From Paraspadella gotoi (lineage: Eukaryota > Animalia > Chaetognatha): DNA of 29,946 nucleotides. The notes below the pieces were generated by a model. The model ran no database searches. It had not been told where the DNA came from and saw only the letters and a list, made by a program, of their open reading frames with translations. Shown here piece after piece: positions 21,777-29,946 of this stretch (position 1 is its first letter; each line of letters starts with the position of its first letter). Position numbers and translations under genes: made by a program. The stretch lies in assembly GCA_051294375.1 (NCBI GenBank), contig JBJCIZ010000007.1, positions 1 through 29,946 of the forward strand, given 5' to 3'.

Positions 21777-22742
21777 GATAAGAGATCAGTAGAAGAGTAA
21801 AGACGAATTGTACCTGACTGTGTTGGGATTACGACGACGGATTTCCGTGTGGCCCGTGGGAGTCGGATGGGGCCACGTTGAGGAGATCCTCAGGGACTGT
21901 ATCCCCTCCCATGAGGAAAGGAATATTTGTGAGGAGTTGATTCACCCCAAGAGCAGTAGGTGATGGAGCCGTTAAGTGATAGAGAGGTGGAGCAAGAATA
22001 AGAACATTGTTAGAAGACAGGTCAGGAGGAGGAACTTCCGGGAGGGATGGAAAGAAAGCTCCCCCCATTTGGTCAGGCCAGGGGTCGATATGCTGACTTG
22101 GCGACTCCTCAATGAGATCATCGACCAAATGGATGGTTGGGGTGTCGATGGAGACGCCATAGGTGGGAGTAGGAACTGGCTCTTCAGGGAAGAGGCTATC
22201 CGAGGGAGGAGTAGTTTCTTCGGGAGACCGGGAGGCCGGATGGATAATCTCTGCTACCGCCTCGGGCACATTAGTGACCTCAGATGGGAGTGGCGGGGCG
22301 GATTCGGCAGGGTCTATGGAAAAAAGAAACTCAGGGTTAGGAGCTTCAGGGACAGAGCTGACAGGGGTTTGAAGGGACCCGGAAATGGATGAGGAGATGG
22401 GCGTTAGAGCGTTCAAAGATAACAAAATATAAGATATTTAATTTCATTCATTATTGTTTTAATGTAATAAGGTCTGAAGAATTCGATGATGATAACCATT
22501 TTTTGGTACAGTTTCATCTTTCCTGTCGCCAATGGCGATTTTTGAAGCATGTAAGTTGCTATTAAAATGGCGCAACCATTGTAGAGTATGAGAAACTAAA
22601 ATTATTAAAATTTTATAAAACTCATATTTAGCTTATATAATATGAAAATAAAGACCCATAAAAATATTTCGGTAAGTTTATTTAAAAATTTTATATTTAG
22701 AGAAAACAAAGTTTGTTTGTTTGATAACAACGATTTTTATTT

Positions 22743-22790
22743 ACATTGGACATGTTTCGGCTCTTGCTTTAAGCCTTCATCAGCATTTGT
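22743..22790 (-). ncRNA. Minimal type I hammerhead ribozyme, intact core, GUC site
   Basis: Minus strand reads acaaatg CTGATGA a ggct taaagcaag agcc GAAAC at GTC caatgt. Stem II ggct/agcc; stem I imperfect. Confidence 0.8.
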
Positions 22791-22822
22791 CTCAATAACA
22801 AATTTTCTCTTTATCATTGAGT

Positions 22823-22856
<34 letters not shown>

Positions 22857-23461
22857 TAAAGCTTCCAACACAGAGTGAGAAAAGGACAGTGGTCAGATTG
22901 AGGACAGGTGAAGGTAAGGGGAGAGAAGAAGAGGAAAGTGGTTGAAATATATGAATGGTGAAATATTGAGAGAGACAGAGGGAGAAAAAATAATTACATT
23001 TTTTGTAATGTATAACAAAAATAAATGGAATAAATAATAACAAATTTAAGGATTAAAATAACGAATTTAAGGATTAAACTAACAAATTTAACTATTTAAG
23101 ATTGAAATATAGTGGAAAGGAAGAGAGCTCTTTCTCTATTTCTATATTTTCTCTTCCTCTGTAACTTAGCTACCCCTAACCACATATTCTTCCTTTCCAC
23201 TATATTTCAATCTTAAATATATAAAAATCTTTATTAGTTTAAATCCTTAAATTTGTTATTTTAATCCTTAAATTTGTTTTATTTATTCCATTTATTTTTG
23301 TTATACATTACAAAAATGTAATTATTTTCTCTCCCTCTGTCTCTCTCAATATTTCACCATTCAATCATATTTCAACCACTTTTCCTCTTCTTCTCTCCCC
23401 TTACCTTCACCTGTCCTCAATCTGACCACTGTCCTTTTCTCACTCTGTGTTGGAAGCTTTA

Positions 23462-23495
<34 letters not shown>

Positions 23496-23528
23496 ACTCA
23501 ATGTTAAAGAGAAAATTTGTTTATTGAG

Positions 23529-23576
23529 ACAAACGCTGATGAAGGCTTAAAGCAGGAGCCGAACACTGTCCAATGT
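23529..23576 (+). ncRNA. Hammerhead ribozyme motif, altered core (GAACACTGTC)
   Basis: CTGATGA a ggct taaagcagg agcc GAACACTGTC caatgt; mirror of 22743-22790 with GAAACATGTC disrupted. Confidence 0.65.
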
Positions 23577-25180
23577 AAATAAAAATTCGTTGTTATCAAC
23601 AAACAAAACTTTGTTTTCTCTAACTATATTACCAAACGAAAAGAAAGGAAAATAATATAATATAAATTATATTTTATTAACACTAGGTTAGCTATATTTA
23701 TAATAAATTAGTAGTTAAAATAGGCTAAATTGAAAAAATAAATATTTTTGAATTTTTAAAACCATTTTGAATTCCTTGCAAAAAGTTGATAAGAAGTAAA
23801 ATCTATTTAAACAAATTCTTTCATTAATTGGATAAAAAGTTAAAAACTATATTTTTGTTTAATTTTACCCATTTGGGGCTTAAAATTATAGTTTTTCTAA
23901 ATTTTGACTAACTTAATGGCATAATTTCCAGATAAGAAATTATATTTTCTTATATCAACTTTTTGCAAGGAATGCGATTCCGAGATATTTTTTTTAAAAT
24001 TATTATTTTTTAATTTTAGCCTAATTTTTATTTATAATTATTAATAAATATAGCTAACCTACTTTTAATAAAACATAAAATTAAGAAATGAATTTACCAA
24101 AATATTTTTATAGGTCTTTATTTTTATATTTCAAAAGCTCATGTAAAGTTTTAAAAAATTTAATAATTTGATTTATCTAACTTATAATGTTTGCCCTATT
24201 TTATTAACATGTTATATACATTAAAAATCGTCATTTCCGACAAGAAAGATGAAATTATACAAAAAAATGGTCATCACTATCGAATTCTTCAGACCTTATT
24301 TCAGTAAAATAACTATGAATGGAATTTAATATCTTATATTTTGTTATATTTGAACCCACTAATGGGCGTGTAGGTTGAATGGTTAGGGGTAACATTAACG
24401 TTAATATTAGGGTCGTTGGGAGTGAGCCAAAGAATGGTAGGCTTGGTAGAAGAAAGTCTAAGGGATTGATATTTACGTTTTGGGGATCTCTGTGATCCCC
24501 TTACCCGGAGCCTTTTCTGGCATTGAGAGGGAATGGAGGAGGGGTCTGGAACCCTAAAAATGGGATCTGGAACCCGGAAGAAGCACTCCATGTCGGGAAA
24601 AGGTTGAGAGCGTGGGTTCGAGTGGATAGGGGCCGGGTTAGACTGGTCAAAGGGGTGATCAAGATCTGAATCAGGTGAGTGAGACCTGAGGTCCCTTTCA
24701 GAGGAGAGGGAGGCCTCACTGGTTCATTTAGTAACCAGAGGGTGAGAAACAGGCATTTCAAGACCCGGCTCAAAGATGGGTCTAGAAAAGAAGTGAGGGT
24801 TGATCGTCTCTGTCACCCAGGGGGGGCGGGAACGGAAGACCGTTGGCGCTGAACACACTCGGTGCCCCGATGAACTAGGAAGGAGGACCGACTCCGGAAG
24901 GAAGGAGAGACGGGCCGTGGAACTGGATCAGCGACAGCGTCAACCGGTGGAAGATACCTAAGGAAAAGAATAAGGAAGAGAATAAAAATAAAAAAAATTA
25001 ATTGATTGATAATTAATTAATTGATTAACAAATTTTGAAAAGACAGAATTGGAAAAATTGACACTAAAAAGTTTAAAAATAATAAAAATAACATAATAAA
25101 ACAGAACTTACCCAGCTGGAGGATTTCCCGATTGGAAGAGCTCGTACAGATCCATAATTTCAAAGGTACCAAGAGAAGGG

Positions 25181-28100
25181 TTGGCGGTGCATGGAAGTCC
25201 AGCGGGAAAGGGCACGTCGACGTCATGGTGATAACCAAGAATCCAAGGGGAGCGGTGGAAAATCCACTGCTCCCATCGGATCTGGCGTTCCGCCGCCTCC
25301 GGGATGGAGGAGACGGACGACGAGTGTCCCGCACCAGGAGTGTTGAGTGCGCCGGGGAAGGAGGCCCAAGTAGCTTCCTTGAACCCCGATACACCCCCTG
25401 AGGTCTTCCAGCGGTTCGGAAAGAGGATCCCTGTCAACACGCCAGCTAGTGGAAGGAAAGCACGGGCAGCCGTGCCGACGTCTGGAAAGCTGAGAGAAAA
25501 GTAAAACATAAAATTAAATTAAATTAAATCAAACTAATATATAAAAATAAAAAAGAAATAAATCAAATCGAATAACTCGACAAAACTCACCAGAGTTCCG
25601 TGTTGTTGACGAGCGGACACATAGACAACTCGTGGTGGAACCCCACACTCTAGGGTGTGCATCTCTTCAATGACATAGAGTGGGGGATCAATACACTGGC
25701 AATCGGCTCGTTCGCGGGCGGCAAAGAGGCTACCGCCCATGGTGAGTCGTCGCGAAAGGCAAAGCTCCAGCGCGAGGACTTCCGCATGAAGCCTGGACGA
25801 GTGCCCGGCCAGGAGAGCACCGGGTGTCGGCCGAAGAAATAACGAAAAGACGGAAACCAGGAACCAACGAAGTTGGTTGGGATCCTGAATTTCCGCAGGC
25901 GGGCCGGTAAGGCAGAATGGTCGGGAGGGAGCGTGGGCTCCCATCCTCGTTGAGCACACGGATGATTAGGCCGCCCACTAAAACGTATTCAGAATTGCAA
26001 TGGGTACTGAGAAAAGCAGATGAAGAAAGGAATAACAACATGAGAATTAAGCAGAAAAATTTAAAAGCTAAAAATCCAAAAGAGCATCGAAAAGCACCAA
26101 TGGGTTTTTTTTTTAATATAAATAATATAATAATATAAACCGGGTTCCTAAATTTCTCAATTGATTGATATTAGTGATATCTATATTATCCTCGTAAATA
26201 TTTAATCAAAAAATAATTATGTGTGTTTAGTTTATAGTACAAGTTTTAACCATAAGTAACTGTACTTGCCACAAAAAATTTCAACGTAAAGTTGTCTAAT
26301 GAATTTCATGTGAATTATCTACTTGATATGCTTTACATTTCACATTGTGTCGTAAAATTGTTATAATGTAATTTTCATATATTTGACATAATTAACTTAC
26401 ACAGTAATCAGACCAAAGGAAAAGACAAAAAACAAAGAACCTCACCCATCTAACTAAACCAAACAGTAAGATCACTAACCCACCCTTTTTCTTTTTAGCT
26501 AATCCGGGACATTTAGTGTTGTACTGTAACATAGTGAAATCATAAATTCATTATTATTGCAATAAAATGTAATTTATTTTCCCTAGTTTTCTTCCTCACT
26601 GTTTTACAATTTCCCTCAGTCTCTCTTACTTTATTTCCATTTCAAACGGAATTGCCCCTATTAAATTTCCTTATTGACAATTCCTTTTACTTAATTATTT
26701 CTCTCTCCGTTTCAAATCTATTTTCGTTGTTTCATTAATTGGCTTCTATTTCAACTTTCAACGTTATTATATTTTTTTTCCCTCACTTTTTCAATTTAAT
26801 TTTATACTGCCTCACAGTCCTACCTCGCACATAATTTCAATTTTAATCTGTATTCTTACTGTTCCATTACTGTAATTCACTATTCCTTTTAATTTTACTA
26901 TTTTCACTCACTGTTTCCATTTTCATACTTAGTCTATTTTAAAACACCATTTCGGTNNNNNNNNNNTCAAATCTATTTTCGTCGTTTCATTAATTGGCTT
27001 CTATTTCAACTTTCGACGTTATTCTATTTTTTTTCCCTCACTTTTTCAATTTAATTTTATACTGNNNNNNNNNNNNNNNNNNNNNNNNNACCGAAATGGT
27101 GTTTTTAAAAAAATAGAACAAAGTATAAAATGGAAAAGTGACGTGAAAATAGTAAAATTAAAAGGAATTAGTGAATTACAGTAATGGAAATGAGTAATAA
27201 TACAGATTTAAAATTTGAAATTTGTTGCGAGGTAGGACTGTGAGGCAGTATAGAAGATATAATTTTGGAACAAATGTGAGGGAAAAAAAACTATAATAAC
27301 GTTGAAAGTTGGAAATAGAAGCCAATTAATGAAAACAACGAAAATAGATTTGGAAACGAGAGAGAAATATATTAAGGTAAAAAGGAATTGTCAATAAGGA
27401 ACTTTAATAGGGGCAATTACCGTTGTTTGAAATGGAAATAAAGTAAAGAGAGGACATGATGAAAATAGTAAAACAGTGAGGAAGAAAAGTAGGGAAATAT
27501 AAATTACATTTTATTGCAATAATAAGAATTTAATGGTTTCACTATTGTTTACAGACAACATAAATGTCTCGGATTAGCTAAAAAGAAAAGGGGTGGGTAT
27601 GATACTAACTGGTTCCTCGCGTTTCAGTTCCACGAACTGGGTGCAGCGTTCTTTGTTTTTTGTCTTTTCCTTTGGTCTGACGTTACTGTTGTAAGTTAAT
27701 TAGTCGCAAATATAGGTGAAAATTACATTATAGAACAATTTTACGAACACAAATCGTGAAATGTAAAGCCATATCAAGTAGACTAATTCACATGAAAGTT
27801 CAATTAGACAACTTTACTTGAAATTTTTTGTGGCCAAGTACAGTTTACCGCTTATCCGTTCAAACTTGTACTACACCAACTCACACACCTACATAATTAT
27901 TTTTGATTAAATATTTACGCAGGATAATCCAAGATATCACTAACCTTATCAATCAATTGCAGAAACCTTAGAACCCGTTTACATATTAATATTATATTAT
28001 AATTAAAAAAAAAACCCATTGGTGCTATTTCGATGCTCATTTTGGATTTTTAGCTTTTAAATTTTTCTGCTTAATTCTCGATGTGTTCATTCCTATTCTT

Positions 28101-28959
28101 TCATCTGCTTTTCTCAGTACCATGTCAAATTCTGAATAAACGTTTAAGTGGGCGGCCTAATCATAACCGGTGCTCAACGAGGATGGGAGCCCAAGCTCCC
28201 TCCCGACCAATTCTGCCGTTACCGCCCGCCTGCGGAAATTCAGGATCCCAACGAAACTCGTTGGTTCTGGTTTCCGTCTTTTCGTTATTATTCTTCGGCG
28301 ACACCCGGTGCTCTCCTGGCGGGCACTCGTCACGGCTTCATGCGGAACGGTCTCGCGCTGGAAGCTTTGCCTTCTCGCGACGACTCACCATCGGGCGGTT
28401 AGCCTCTTTGCGGCCGCACCGAACGAGAGCCGATTGACCCAGTGTAATTGATCCCCCACCACTCATGTCATTTGAGAGATGCACAACCCTGATGTGTGGG
28501 GTTCCACCACAGAGTTGTCTCATGTGTCGCTCGCTACCCACACACGGGAACTCTGGTGAATTTTGTCGAATTATTCGATTGGATTAATTTTTTTTATTTT
28601 TATATTTGTTTGATTTTAATTAATTTAATTTTATGTTTTACTTTTCTCTCAGCTTTCCAGACGTCGGCACGGCTGCCGTGCTTTCCTTCCACTAGATGGC
28701 GTGTTGAAGCCGGATCCTCTTTCCGAAAAGGCTGGAAGACCTCCAGGGTGTATCGGGGTTCAAGGAGCTTACTTGGCCTCTTCCCGGCTGCACTCAACAC
28801 TCCTGTGCGGGACAACTCGTCGTCCGTCTCCTCCATCCGGAGGCGGGCGGACACGCCAGATTCCGATGGGGAGCAGTGATTTTCACGTCCAATTGGATTC
28901 TTGTTATCACATCGACGGTCGACGTGCCCTTTCCCGCTGGACTTTCCATGCACCGCCAA
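25181..28959. repeat. ~1.8 kb inverted duplication (25181-26956 vs 27090-28959) around N-gaps; likely assembly artefact
   Basis: The right arm is the reverse complement of the left with many scattered 1-nt indels. 26967-27064 repeats 26712-26809, and 28962-29046 repeats 26873-26956. Confidence 0.9.
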
Positions 28960-29766
28960 ACTAATTCACTATTCCTTTTAATTTTACTATTTTCACTCAC
29001 TATTTCCATTTTTATACTTTGTCTTTTTTAAAAACACCATTTCGGTTTTTATTAATTCACTATTTCAACTCTCCATTTCAATCTTCATACACTTACGATT
29101 TTAACTCAACTGTTCTTGATTCACGAATTCAACTAATTCAACTAACCATTTCGATTTTTATTGAATCAAATTCTTTGCTGACTCACTGATCCCCCCTATT
29201 TCGCTGATAGATTTGACTAAGAGCGCGCATTCTTTTACTAAACCTCTCCTCCTTGACCCGTGAGCCAATCCTTGATCTCAGCATCTCTTTCTCGCGCCTT
29301 TTTCTTCACTCGCTCTTCTTCCCGGCCTCCTCTTCCTTCTCTCCTTTACGCTGCGCCTCTCTCTCCTCATCCCTTCCTCACTCAAGAAAACAGCTGCGCA
29401 GGGAGGAACGTCCATGCTCTGATCAAAAGACGACCCTCCCACCACCCCTGGCCCCTCACTGGGTCCCTCACTCGATGCTCACCCTCTCTCTCTCCCATTT
29501 CGACTTCCAAACCCAAAAAAAAGATCGTTGACTGCTCCCTTCTCTTTCTCTCTGGATTGCATCGTCACGTGATCAGGCTTCGCTCCCTCTCCCTTCTTGA
29601 ACATCTCATCTCTCTCTCTTTCCTTTTTTTTTCTCTCTCTCTCTCCACGGTCAAAAATCTATCTCTTTAGCTCCTGGCTGGACACTTCACGTCGTCACGT
29701 GACTAGGCATCGCTAGGAAACAAAAAAAAACCAGATCTGACTGAGCTCCCTTTCGCCGCTGAGTTT

Positions 29767-29905
29767 GCCCCTCCCTCTTCTCTCTCTCTCTCTCTCTCCC
29801 TCTCTCTCGCTCCCTCTCTCTCCCTCTCACTATCTCTCTCTCTTGCTCTCCCTCTCCCTCTCTCTCACTCCTCTCTCTCGTATCTTCTCTCCCTCTCACT
29901 TCCTC
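29767..29905. repeat. Imperfect (CT)n microsatellite tract
   Basis: Direct inspection; similar GA/CT tracts at ~12314-12342, ~22824-22851 and ~23466-23494. Confidence 0.95.
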
Positions 29906-29946
29906 TCCCGTTTCTTCTTGGTTTCTTTGTCCTTTCTCGGAAATAA

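Larger units (their letters stand above)
22699..23666 (+). mobile_element. Penelope-like element remnant 2: inverted pLTR (~22697-23124), pLTR (23188-23623) and ~43-bp 3' tail
   Basis: Near-identical ~430-bp inverted arms with hammerhead motifs and (CT)n; tail only on the right. Flanked by ttatattt at 22691-22698 and 23667-23674 (possible TSD); interrupts the left arm of the foldback. Confidence 0.8.
22405..24361. mobile_element. hAT-like foldback non-autonomous transposon with 8-bp TSD, carrying a nested insert
   Basis: TSD atgggcgt at 22397-22404 and 24362-24369; termini TAGagcGTTCAAAgATAACAAAATATAAGAT and TAGtggGTTCAAAtATAACAAAATATAAGAT. Imperfect arms 22405-22698 plus 23675-~23870 mirror ~23875-24361. 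Confidence 0.85.
21829..25944 (-). pseudogene. Long spliced Pro/Ser-rich orphan gene disrupted by a hAT-like insertion
   Basis: GC-rich exons ~25944-25591, 25489-25112 and 24957-24362 plus 22396-21829, separated by AT-rich GT..AG introns (GTGAGT at 25590, GTAAGT at 25111). The exon 2-3 join is in phase (NPPAG-YLPPVDAV). Removing 22405-24361 and one TSD fuses ...HSTYTPI to SSSISGSL... in frame. One frameshift and one stop remain in 24.7-24.8 kb; the exon 1-2 phase is unresolved. Confidence 0.6.

Noticed and set aside
25181-28959. Giant palindrome as a hairpin telomere or element terminus
   Set aside because: It is centred on N-gaps, the right arm has noisy-read-type indels, and sequence after 28961 directly overlaps 26873-26956. 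An inverted gap-fill is the best explanation, and ORFs at 28081-29009 are its by-products.
29253-29946. ORFs and a possible LTR in the terminal CT-rich region
   Set aside because: The ORFs are microsatellite-derived low complexity; no second LTR copy, PPT-TG junction or PBS could be identified in the window.
1-29946. CRISPR arrays, rRNA, intact tRNA or prokaryotic operons
   Set aside because: None seen; introns, microsatellites and TE content indicate a eukaryotic locus.

Overview
AT-rich eukaryotic DNA (probably an invertebrate; the organism cannot be identified from sequence) made almost entirely of nested mobile elements, with three N-gaps. Left, minus strand: a degraded, divergent Ty3/Gypsy-type retroelement. 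It has a long gag with two CX2CX5HX4C knuckles, an in-frame UGA-CGG gag/pol junction, an unknown pol N-terminus, protease, RT and RNase H, but no integrase in the window. Upstream of gag are small orphan genes, two of them intron-split and missing from the ORF track. Centre-right, plus strand: a second, 5'-truncated Gypsy pol (RT-RNase H-integrase), followed by an antisense cassette encoding a long Pro/Ser-rich spliced protein, a secreted mucin-like protein and a small membrane protein. Two related palindromic inserts (12.2-12.9 kb, 22.7-23.7 kb) carry minimal hammerhead ribozyme motifs and have the inverted-pLTR-plus-tail layout of Penelope-like elements. Several non-autonomous DNA transposons (hAT-like, Kolobok-like, TAG-ended) are nested in these. 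The 1-kb direct duplication at the first gap and the 1.8-kb inverted duplication at the last gaps are probably assembly artefacts. All alignments and translations were done by eye.
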